DNA of 58,998 nucleotides from Escherichia phage vB_Eco_SLUR25: the sequence record LT907986.1. One strand, 5' to 3'. The notes below the pieces were generated by a model that was not told the DNA's origin, ran no database searches, and worked only from the letters and a program-made list of their open reading frames with translations. The position numbers and the translations under genes are program-made. Shown here in pieces: positions 1 to 7,789 of this stretch; within the stretch, counting starts at the first letter, position 1; every line of letters begins with the position of its first letter.

Positions 1-481
1 ACTCCATGCACATATGCTTAGCGTCAATATAAACACATACAGCTTTCGGGTTTAAATGCTCCTGAATAGCGTCTGCAATCTGGTTAGTAAGACGTTCCTG
101 AACTTGCAGTCGACGGCTAAAAGCATCCACAACGCGAGACAGCTTACTGAGCCCAACGATCTTCCCATTTGGGACATACCCCACGACAGCATGGCCGATA
201 ATAGGAGCCATGTGATGCTCACAATGACTGTATACAGGAATATCACGGACAATGACCATTTCATTGGTGTTTTCCGCCCCATCCTCAAACGTCTTAAACA
301 GACCAGCAATATCTACATCATAACCGCTAAACCACGTTGCATAAGCTTTCGCTACACGCTCCGGAGTTTCCTCCAGCCCTGGGCGCAGAACCGCGCTAAC
401 TTCAATTTGGGATAGTAAAGTACGCACAGCGTTAGCAATACGGAATTGAACACCTTCACTATTAATACTATATTTAGACAT
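1..481 (-). CDS. folE: GTP cyclohydrolase I (FolE), N-terminal part; gene continues across the window junction into 58744..58998
   Basis: Reverse translation from ATG at 481..479 gives MSKYSINSEGVQFRIANAVRTLL...VYSHCEHHMAPIIGHAVVGYVP...; the CEHH core and length fit FolE; frame continues into the end-of-window copy. Confidence 0.75.
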   Translation of the reverse strand, partial: MSKYSINSEGVQFRIANAVRTLLSQIEVSAVLRPGLEETPERVAKAYATWFSGYDVDIAGLFKTFEDGAENTNEMVIVRDIPVYSHCEHHMAPIIGHAVVGYVPNGKIVGLSKLSRVVDAFSRRLQVQERLTNQIADAIQEHLNPKAVCVYIDAKHMCME

Positions 482-515
482 GGTTTGCAGTTTCCTTGTT
501 GTTAATGTGGTCATA

Positions 516-1037
516 TTACAGGCTATAGTTTACGTGACATTTCGAAGTTTCTTCGATGGTGCATTCTACAAGTTGAACACCATGTTCGTCAAGCAGCTGT
601 GGTCCAATTACTTCAACCATGTACGCAGCTAAGTTTTCAGCGGTCGGGTTGAATGGAAGTGACACCAGCGAACCTAAATAATCCATTTGATCCCGATGCG
701 ACATATTGTCCATAGTTGTCGTATCTACAAATTTATTTAAGCTCTCAATGAGCGGATCATGCTCCCAGTGCAGGAACTTATGGTCCCAGTTATCTTCCAG
801 CCACTGACACAGCGTAGTTTTAACCACACTAAAATCGATCACGCGTCCCACGTCGTCCAGCCCACCTTTTTCGCGAAGTGTGCCACAGCGAATAACTTTA
901 ACGTCCGTACGACCTTTCGGCGCAACCTTAAAGTGAAACTTATAGTTGTGACCATGAAGGTGGCGACACTTGCTTTCATGCCCTACAACACGATGTCCAG
1001 CGCAAATTTCATGTGAACGAATTACTGTATAACTCAT
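516..1037 (-). CDS. queD: 6-carboxy-5,6,7,8-tetrahydropterin synthase (QueD)
   Basis: 173 aa; CxxxHGH signature (CRHLHGHNY) of QueD/PTPS family; adjacent to folE/queC/queE. Confidence 0.85.
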   Translation of the reverse strand: MSYTVIRSHEICAGHRVVGHESKCRHLHGHNYKFHFKVAPKGRTDVKVIRCGTLREKGGLDDVGRVIDFSVVKTTLCQWLEDNWDHKFLHWEHDPLIESLNKFVDTTTMDNMSHRDQMDYLGSLVSLPFNPTAENLAAYMVEVIGPQLLDEHGVQLVECTIEETSKCHVNYSL

Positions 1038-1591
1038 TTTAATACCTCTTTAGACTGTTCAATTTCTAACGCACGCTGCGCCGACGCAATAATGTCTTTC
1101 AAATCTTCTACCAGATGTTTATGACCCCGTTCGCCAGGCTGCAACGCTTTTTTAATCAAATGCTGCAAAGCTGGGTTAGTTGTTTTCCAAGCTTCCAAGA
1201 CATCATACACGTCCACGATGCATTTTACAACATTGCCGTTTTCATCTTTACCATAAATAACTTTCTGATATTTATTCATGGGAATTTTAGATGGTTCATA
1301 TTTCGTAAAAATTGCGGTTTTATCAATTCTCCAGTCGGGCAAATTTGCTTCAATAGATTGTTTGACGTAATCATCCGCAACAATATATCTCCAGGCTATA
1401 ATATCTTGAACTTTATAAGGGCTATTCTCATCCATAGCCGAACGCCCTTCTATAGCCCAATCCCATCCATGTAATAGATTCTTAACGTGTGTGCCGTTGC
1501 GCAAACGAACTTCAAACTTCTCATTACGAAGAAAAATAGGCATTCCTTTACCGTCGTGTTGGTGCCAAATTTTATTCAAATTATCTTTCAT
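1034..1591 (-). CDS. hypothetical protein embedded in the 7-deazaguanine cluster
   Basis: ORF track 1034..1636; ATG at 1591 (MKDNLNKIW...) sits 2 nt after the stop of the upstream gene, so the shorter start is preferred; no recognisable motif. Confidence 0.5.
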   Translation of the reverse strand: MKDNLNKIWHQHDGKGMPIFLRNEKFEVRLRNGTHVKNLLHGWDWAIEGRSAMDENSPYKVQDIIAWRYIVADDYVKQSIEANLPDWRIDKTAIFTKYEPSKIPMNKYQKVIYGKDENGNVVKCIVDVYDVLEAWKTTNPALQHLIKKALQPGERGHKHLVEDLKDIIASAQRALEIEQSKEVLK

Positions 1592-1593
1592 TT

Positions 1594-2073
1594 TTACGCT
1601 CTTGCTGTACGTGAATGAACTTCGTAAACAACCCAAAGGATAGCGGATGCTGTGAACTTACTTAAGCTCATTGCTACCATTGATCCCGGATTAACAATAC
1701 CTATAATACTTAAGAACACAATGGAGTCAATCGGTACAGCTACCAAAGAGCTGATAAATACGCGTTGATGAAAAGGCTTCTTGGTGACCGTGTATACTAC
1801 ATAATCAGCAAACTCACTAAGCGCAAAAGACGCAACGGATGCAACTACAACCGCAGGATTACCGAACACCCAGCTAAGGATGCAACCAACGATCATTGCA
1901 GGGATAACGCCTTTGCCAGCGTTACGCTGTGCGTAATCACGCAGAACAAAGATAATGCCTACAAAGAAAGCCATCATTGGGACTACGCCAAGTGGCGTAT
2001 TAAGCATCGGAAGGTAGGAAAAGCCCAGGTTTACGAATGTAATTGCAGCCAGATAAGCAACGATAAATTTCAT
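1594..2073 (-). CDS. multi-pass membrane protein, putative queuosine-precursor transporter (YhhQ/DUF165-like, short form)
   Basis: 159 aa, 4-5 hydrophobic helices; segments FFVGIIFVLRDY and VAVPIDSIVFLSIIG resemble recalled E. coli YhhQ; lies between queD and queC. Confidence 0.4.
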   Translation of the reverse strand: MKFIVAYLAAITFVNLGFSYLPMLNTPLGVVPMMAFFVGIIFVLRDYAQRNAGKGVIPAMIVGCILSWVFGNPAVVVASVASFALSEFADYVVYTVTKKPFHQRVFISSLVAVPIDSIVFLSIIGIVNPGSMVAMSLSKFTASAILWVVYEVHSRTARA

Positions 2074-2193
2074 ACTTTTGTTCTCCAGTTTTAACAGCGC
2101 TGTTCGCTGGTTGTTGGGTTTAAAAGCTTTAGTAGTATAGTTGGGTTACCGCACCCTAAACAATGCGCTAGCGGTGCGGTTTTCGCGGTAAGA

Positions 2194-2901
2194 TCAAGCT
2201 TTGCTAATAAATTCGCTGTACCCTTTAGCACGAAGTTTACACGCCGGGCATTCCCCGCAACCATACCCCCAGTCATGCAGAGTGCGGCGGACGCCATTAT
2301 AGCACGTATGGGACTGCTCAATTACTGTGGTTAAGAAACCAACCTTATCCGCCAGCTCAAACGTTTCTGCTTTATTCAAACGCATAAGCGGAGTAACAAA
2401 ATGGATATCTGTTTCATATCCAACGTTTAACGTAGCTTCAAGCAGATCTACAAACTGCTGGCGGCAATCCGGATAACCGCTATAGTCTGTTTCACAAACG
2501 CCTGTAACCACATATCGGGCTCCGACCTTCTGCGCGTAGGCGTGCGCGGTAGTCAGGAAAAGGGCATTACGGTTTGGCACAAAGCTTGCCGGAAGGTTGT
2601 TGTGCTGTTCGTGATGTTCGTTAACATCACCTTCGTTCCCGATTAAAGCACTATTGCCAATCTGTTTCAATGCAGGTAATTCAAAGACAACAAACGGGAC
2701 ATTGTGCTCTTTACAAATTTGATTAGCACAAGCCAGCTCAATGTTATGACGTTGACCGTATGCAAAACCAATAGCGTAGACTTTGTCATAGTTATTAAGT
2801 GCAAGACCTAGACAAGTCACGCTGTCCTGGCCGCCAGACAGGACGACAACGGCGGAGTTATGATTTTTTACAGGGAATACCAGTTTATCTAATTTATTCA
2901 T
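2194..2901 (-). CDS. queC: 7-cyano-7-deazaguanine synthase (QueC), standalone (no amidotransferase fusion)
   Basis: 235 aa; PP-loop SGGQDS near N-terminus; C-terminal Cys cluster C..CGxCxxC. Confidence 0.9.
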   Translation of the reverse strand: MNKLDKLVFPVKNHNSAVVVLSGGQDSVTCLGLALNNYDKVYAIGFAYGQRHNIELACANQICKEHNVPFVVFELPALKQIGNSALIGNEGDVNEHHEQHNNLPASFVPNRNALFLTTAHAYAQKVGARYVVTGVCETDYSGYPDCRQQFVDLLEATLNVGYETDIHFVTPLMRLNKAETFELADKVGFLTTVIEQSHTCYNGVRRTLHDWGYGCGECPACKLRAKGYSEFISKA

Positions 2902-2902
2902 T

Positions 2903-3091
2903 TTAGAAACCTTTAAGGCTAATATTAAGGTTAATGACTACTTGTTCAACTACAGCTTCAGAGGTTACCTGACGCTGGTGTATCTCAAGCTCCGAATGTA
3001 TTTTCTTGGATGCAGCACGACAAATAGCGTCATTCAACTCGTCTTGTAAACGTTGAATTTTCTGCATAAGGATTACAGTTTCTTCATTCAT
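2903..3091 (-). CDS. small hypothetical protein (tandem paralog 1)
   Basis: 62 aa ORF; sequence pattern similar to adjacent 3084..3296 product. Confidence 0.4.
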   Translation of the reverse strand: MNEETVILMQKIQRLQDELNDAICRAASKKIHSELEIHQRQVTSEAVVEQVVINLNISLKGF

Positions 3092-3296
3092 TTACTTCAC
3101 CTTTAATATCACAAGGGTTAATTGTTACGTTAGACATTACAATTGGATGATTGCGCGCTCCAATTGTGCTAACGTGATTAATATCTAATTCTACATGCAC
3201 GCCCTGCATAGTAGCGTGAGCAATTGCAGAATTAAGTTTTTCTACCAGCTCAGTGATCATTTCCTGATGCTGTTTCGCTTCTTCCAAAGTGATCAT
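3084..3296 (-). CDS. small hypothetical protein (tandem paralog 2); start may be the internal Met at 3260
   Basis: 70 aa ORF; ELVEKLNSAIAHATMQGVHVELDINHVS resembles DELNDAICRAASKKIHSELEIHQRQVTS of neighbour. Confidence 0.4.
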   Translation of the reverse strand: MITLEEAKQHQEMITELVEKLNSAIAHATMQGVHVELDINHVSTIGARNHPIVMSNVTINPCDIKGEVNE

Positions 3297-3552
3297 TTCT
3301 TTTCACCTTCACTAATGTTTGTTTATAATCCATACCTTCAAGGTCAACTTCTGCCATTTCACAAAAGTTATCATCTTCCCAGTATGATATCCATTTAGTT
3401 TCACTGTCCATCAACGTTGGCTCATACTCGAATCCGTAAACTGTACCGTCCTGATCCGTAGCCAGCCACCGTACCCATTCAGGGACATCAAGCTTATTAC
3501 CAAAGTATTCAACTTCTTTAGTATGCACAACCTGACTTAACACACGCATCAT
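3250..3552 (-). CDS. hypothetical protein embedded in the 7-deazaguanine cluster
   Basis: 100 aa ORF between queC and queE, acidic, no recognised motif. Confidence 0.45.
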   Translation of the reverse strand: MMRVLSQVVHTKEVEYFGNKLDVPEWVRWLATDQDGTVYGFEYEPTLMDSETKWISYWEDDNFCEMAEVDLEGMDYKQTLVKVKRNDHFGRSETASGNDH

Positions 3553-4256
3553 TCAACCCCGATATATTTGTGAACCTGAAGCTGCAACGTGTACCCGTGT
3601 TTCATACAGCTTTGGACAACGGCTTGGATGTTACTGTGGTTAAGGTCTTCATCCTGCTCGTCCATTGGCTGTAAATATATCTTACCCTTGAAACCCTTCG
3701 GAGGTCTAGCGATAAATGGCGTAGCTTGATGATCTAATGCCTGAAGCGGCAAACCATCTTCCACGTTTACACAGCACGCTTTAAGTACATATTTAAATGC
3801 GTTTGCGCGGTACAGCACAGTAGGATGAATTTTTGAAGTCTTGGGACTACATACAATTACAGGTAACTGGGAAAAGTTCTTAGGTAAAGGCATAGACCCA
3901 TTAGTTTCAATTTGCACCAAATAGCCGCGCGATAACAGTTGTTCAATAAACGGGTTAATTTGCTGACGGAACGGTTCACCCCCAGTGATAACCACAAGTG
4001 AGGTGCTATTGCCTGATTCCAGCTTACGGCTTTCGATTAAACGCATAATATCGACAATATGATAAAGACTACGACCAACAGTATAATCCGTATCACAGCC
4101 AGGACATTGCAGGTTGCACCCAGCAAGACGCACAAATACAGCAGGTTGGCCGCAGAATGGACCTTCACCCTGAATGGTAGAGAATACCGAATGCACGTCT
4201 AAATACATATCGTTTTCTTTAGAACGGGACTCGGGAGCTTGTTGATTAATATTCAT
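3549..4256 (-). CDS. queE: 7-carboxy-7-deazaguanine synthase (QueE), radical SAM
   Basis: 235 aa; radical-SAM Cys triad CNLQCPGC (CxxxCxxC) near N-terminus; overlaps upstream gene by 4 nt. Confidence 0.85.
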   Translation of the reverse strand: MNINQQAPESRSKENDMYLDVHSVFSTIQGEGPFCGQPAVFVRLAGCNLQCPGCDTDYTVGRSLYHIVDIMRLIESRKLESGNSTSLVVITGGEPFRQQINPFIEQLLSRGYLVQIETNGSMPLPKNFSQLPVIVCSPKTSKIHPTVLYRANAFKYVLKACCVNVEDGLPLQALDHQATPFIARPPKGFKGKIYLQPMDEQDEDLNHSNIQAVVQSCMKHGYTLQLQVHKYIGVE

Positions 4257-4278
4257 CTTAAATCCTCTAGTGAAAAAG

Positions 4279-4300
4279 AAAGCGCCTCATTGGGCGCTTT
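4279..4300 (-). terminator. rho-independent terminator-like hairpin after gene 4326..5129
   Basis: Stem AAAGCGCC/GGCGCTTT with 6-nt loop; minus-strand reading is followed by a T5 tract. Confidence 0.5.
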
Positions 4301-4325
4301 CATTATAACGTGATATGTTTTGATA

Positions 4326-5129
4326 TTACAAGCCGTTCAGGGCTTCCGGTACTGGCATAGGTACGCGACCAGTTACACCATTAAACTTCTTCCAACGTGC
4401 ATACTGAGTTTTAACAGTATCTTCGTTCAGACCGTGGCGACCAGCCAGATTCAGAACATAAGAGATCGGAGCAGGCTGACCCAGCGTAGCGCTAATCTGA
4501 TCCATCAGAGCCCAGGCACGACCGCAGGAAGTTTCAGGTTGTGGACGACGAACACCATTCTGTTCAGGCATACGGTTCGCTTCTTTCGCTTTTTCACGTT
4601 CAGCTTTTTCGCGGGCTTTTTCAGCAGCCTTTTCAGCCTGTTTAGCAGCGCGGATCTTGTCTTTGAAGCCTTTGATAGACGAATCCAGTTCGTCAACCAT
4701 GCTCTGCGCAGCAGTCACTGCACCGGACAGATCTTCACCTTTGGATTTTTTAACAACTGCTTTCAGATCTTTCAGAGCATTCTTTAAATGCTTCAGCTGT
4801 TCAGAACCCTTAGATTCTGCTTCCGTAATCTGTTCAACAGTGCTTTCATCGGTAATACCGGATAAAGCAAACTTCACGGTTTCAACTGCCTGGGAAAGAG
4901 CGGTAAATTTATTTTCAGCTTCAGTACGAATTTCAGCTTGTTTCTTTTCGGCGGCAGCTTTTTTCTCTGCTTCTTTTTTCTCTTTTGCTACGCGTGCAGC
5001 TTCAGCGGCAGCGGCTTTTTTAGCTTCTGCGTCGTTAGCAGTAGCTTCTTTCTTTGCAGGCTTAGCAGATTTTGCAGCGGCAGCAGCGGCTGCGGCAGCA
5101 GCGGCTTTCTTATCTTCAATATTACTCAT
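4326..5129 (-). CDS. Ala/Lys/Glu-rich low-complexity protein with a conserved C-terminal domain (paralogous to C-terminus of 20655..21269 product)
   Basis: ATG at 5129 with RBS GGAGTG 6 nt upstream (5138 is GTG); poly-Ala run encoded by GCN repeats near 5075..5110; C-terminus NGVRRP...W...LG.P...TV..QYARWKKFNG. Confidence 0.55.
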   Translation of the reverse strand: MSNIEDKKAAAAAAAAAAAKSAKPAKKEATANDAEAKKAAAAEAARVAKEKKEAEKKAAAEKKQAEIRTEAENKFTALSQAVETVKFALSGITDESTVEQITEAESKGSEQLKHLKNALKDLKAVVKKSKGEDLSGAVTAAQSMVDELDSSIKGFKDKIRAAKQAEKAAEKAREKAEREKAKEANRMPEQNGVRRPQPETSCGRAWALMDQISATLGQPAPISYVLNLAGRHGLNEDTVKTQYARWKKFNGVTGRVPMPVPEALNGL

Positions 5130-5256
5130 TTTCTTCACTCCGAATTATTATGGGTTCGTTTGTTACCAACGGGGTTAAATGTACCAAAGGATTTTGTGAC
5201 ACGCAACCCCTTACATAAACATTTTTAAAAATATTTTTGATCAGGGTTAGAACTTA

Positions 5257-5751
5257 TTAGCTCTTCGCACCTCTGCCCGGTGTCCATGCTGCTTGCAATG
5301 CGGGTCGCTCACAAATGACCCTGGCACCGGAAATAATACTACCCTCCCGTTCAGCATCGTATTTGACACGGGCAGGTTTCCAAAGTCCTTCATCCATTGA
5401 CGGAACGTATTGCCCAATTTGAGGTGAGCAAAAGCCTTGGATATCGTATTCCACACAGAATTCGGCTTGTGCGCTGATTTGGGCGTGATCCAGGATTGTT
5501 TCTGGAAGTTGCGTAAAGTAATCAAACAAAATGCGCTCAACAATTTCCCGTTCATAAGGTGCAGCTCCTAAGTTTTCTGTCAGGTTAATATAAAGCATTT
5601 GAAGATCAACATCTTCAAGATCTTTTAAATCGTTTACTGGTGTTACCAGTGTTGACTCTGGACAACAAATAATTCCAAGTTGGTGTAGTGTCAGCCAATT
5701 GGGATGCTTTGCCAAGAGTTCAAATTTATCTGTATCAATCAGGACGTACAT
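5257..5751 (-). CDS. hypothetical protein
   Basis: 164 aa ORF; ATG at 5751 preceded by AGGGGAT RBS. Confidence 0.5.
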   Translation of the reverse strand: MYVLIDTDKFELLAKHPNWLTLHQLGIICCPESTLVTPVNDLKDLEDVDLQMLYINLTENLGAAPYEREIVERILFDYFTQLPETILDHAQISAQAEFCVEYDIQGFCSPQIGQYVPSMDEGLWKPARVKYDAEREGSIISGARVICERPALQAAWTPGRGAKS

Positions 5752-5772
5752 TGCGATCCCCTATAAATAAGT

Positions 5773-5795
5773 AATGCCCCAATAGTAGGGGCATT
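5773..5795 (-). terminator. terminator-like hairpin between helicase and downstream gene
   Basis: Stem AATGCCCC/GGGGCATT, 7-nt loop, followed on minus strand by a T-rich stretch. Confidence 0.4.
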
Positions 5796-5810
5796 AGATG
5801 TTGAAGTCAA

Positions 5811-7787
5811 TTAGAAAGGAACGTAATCCGGATCATCTACTTGTACAGGGTTAACCACATTGTTCACCGTTATACCTTGCGTATTCTGCGAAACAATATC
5901 GTCCCAGCTTACATCATCGTTATAGCTCGGACCTTCTGTCGTTCCATCCTGACCGTATACTTTAACCTGAATAGCTTCGTCGTCCTGTGGAGCTTCAAAC
6001 TTACCGAAACAAGTACCGTCATAATCATAGTTCAATATCTCAGGCCATTTCTTATTGGTATGAACTTTGATGTATTTTGGTGTTTTAAGCATTGCAGCAA
6101 CATCAAGAGCTTCTTCAATAGTTTGTGGTAAAGGTAAATGTGTCCTTTTCTTCCACCATGCGACAGCTTTACGACCTGCCCAGTCGCCATGAAGCAGAGC
6201 TACCCATTCGCTGAATATTTTACTACCGCAATAATAAGTCACCTTCATTGTTGGAGGTTTAGAGCTGTCATTGCGTTTAGTATGCTTTGCATAAGTCACA
6301 TGCGTAACTTTAAAGTCTTCAACTACTGGAATATCCTGCTTGATCAGGGCTTCCGTACTTGCTGCTTTCTTGAGTTTGGTCTGGAACTTAAACTCATGAC
6401 CGCAAAAGCCTTCTTTAACGTAATCCGTCCCGCGTAGCCTAAATCCTTTCAGATATAATTGTTGAACTTGTTCCTGTGTGACGCTGTCCATTGGGATTGG
6501 TGCGAAGCCACCGCAATAGCGAGCAGATGCATGATTATACGACCCACATACATCGCATTCTTTAACCGGAGCAGTACCAGCACCTTTTTCGCCAGGGCGC
6601 TTGGGTTTAACAGGGTCGTTAATAGGGCCCAAACGGCGCGTATTACCGCTGAAATCCAGTACAAGGCAGTTCTGCTTGGGGCTTGCCGCAATAGCTTGTA
6701 AGCGCCCCTCCTGCGTGGAAAGATCAAAGCCCTCCGCGTACACCGGACGCGTACCGCGACCCAGCATCTGGACCCATAGCACCGCCGACGCAGTGGGGCG
6801 GAGCATGATAATTAAGTCCAGCATTGGATGATCAAAACCTGTGGTTAAGACGTTATTGTTAGTTAATGCTCGAAATTCACCGCGCTTAAACTTCTCAATA
6901 ATCTCGTCACGTTCTTTTGCATCAAGCTTAGAGTGAATACATCCACAGCTAATACCCATATCGTTCAGCATATCACACGCGTCTTTAGCGTGTTCAATAC
7001 CAGAACAAAATATAAGCCAGCTTTGACGGTCTTCACCACATTCAATTGCTTCCTCAAGTGCGCGGAGTGTTGCGTCATCGCGGTTTACCGCACTTTGCAG
7101 CTCACTCTGGATAAACTCACCGCCGCGTTTACCTACCCCGTTGAGGTCCAGCTCCATCTTAGTACGCTTTGGCACAACCGGAAGAAGATAACCTTGCTCC
7201 AGGAACCAGTTGAAGGCTTCCGGAGTAGTTGCATCAAACGTTACCTTATCAAATAACGCATCATCGTCTTCGTTTTCCTTAACAATTGAACCATACCCCA
7301 GTCGATAAGGTGTAGCAGTAAGACCGATGATTTTTAAGTAAGGGTTAACTTCACGCAACGCTGCAAAGAATTTCTTATACATTGTTGCATCACGCGGACT
7401 AATAAGATGCGCTTCGTCCACAAAAATAAGATCAACTTTGCCGAACTTTTTCGGATGCTTAGCAACGGACGCAATCCCTGCAAAGGTAATAAGATTGTAG
7501 ACTTCTTTACGCTTCAAACCCGCGCTGTAAATACCTGCTGGCGCTTCGGGCCAGACTTTCATTAATTTATCATAGTTTTGTGCAATTAACTCTTTGACGT
7601 GAGTTAACATCATTACGCGCTGGTTTGGATACCATTTGTAAAGCAGATCGAGGAACCCCGCGATAACGAGCGATTTTCCTGTCCCTGTTGGTAACAGGAT
7701 CAAAGGGTTCCCCGCGTTACCCTTTTCAGCATCAAAATAGCGGAATACGCTATAAACTGCTTCCTGTTGATAATCGCGGAGCCTCAT
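5811..7787 (-). CDS. superfamily 2 DNA helicase (DEAH-box)
   Basis: Walker A PTGTGKS, motif II VDEAH, later motifs TATP and QMLGRGTR; ATG at 7787 (track start 7793 is TTG). Confidence 0.8.
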   Translation of the reverse strand: MRLRDYQQEAVYSVFRYFDAEKGNAGNPLILLPTGTGKSLVIAGFLDLLYKWYPNQRVMMLTHVKELIAQNYDKLMKVWPEAPAGIYSAGLKRKEVYNLITFAGIASVAKHPKKFGKVDLIFVDEAHLISPRDATMYKKFFAALREVNPYLKIIGLTATPYRLGYGSIVKENEDDDALFDKVTFDATTPEAFNWFLEQGYLLPVVPKRTKMELDLNGVGKRGGEFIQSELQSAVNRDDATLRALEEAIECGEDRQSWLIFCSGIEHAKDACDMLNDMGISCGCIHSKLDAKERDEIIEKFKRGEFRALTNNNVLTTGFDHPMLDLIIMLRPTASAVLWVQMLGRGTRPVYAEGFDLSTQEGRLQAIAASPKQNCLVLDFSGNTRRLGPINDPVKPKRPGEKGAGTAPVKECDVCGSYNHASARYCGGFAPIPMDSVTQEQVQQLYLKGFRLRGTDYVKEGFCGHEFKFQTKLKKAASTEALIKQDIPVVEDFKVTHVTYAKHTKRNDSSKPPTMKVTYYCGSKIFSEWVALLHGDWAGRKAVAWWKKRTHLPLPQTIEEALDVAAMLKTPKYIKVHTNKKWPEILNYDYDGTCFGKFEAPQDDEAIQVKVYGQDGTTEGPSYNDDVSWDDIVSQNTQGITVNNVVNPVQVDDPDYVPF

Positions 7788-7789
7788 AA

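Noticed and set aside
2074-2193. preQ1 riboswitch class I upstream of the transporter gene
   Set aside because: Hairpins are present but do not match the compact preQ1-I consensus as I recall it; kept only as a low-interest structured-leader finding
4320-5178. Plus-strand ORFs 4320..4787 and 4657..5178 and minus-strand 4505..4696
   Set aside because: Antisense or out-of-frame shadows of the Ala/Lys-rich gene 4326..5129 caused by the GCN-repeat composition; no RBS
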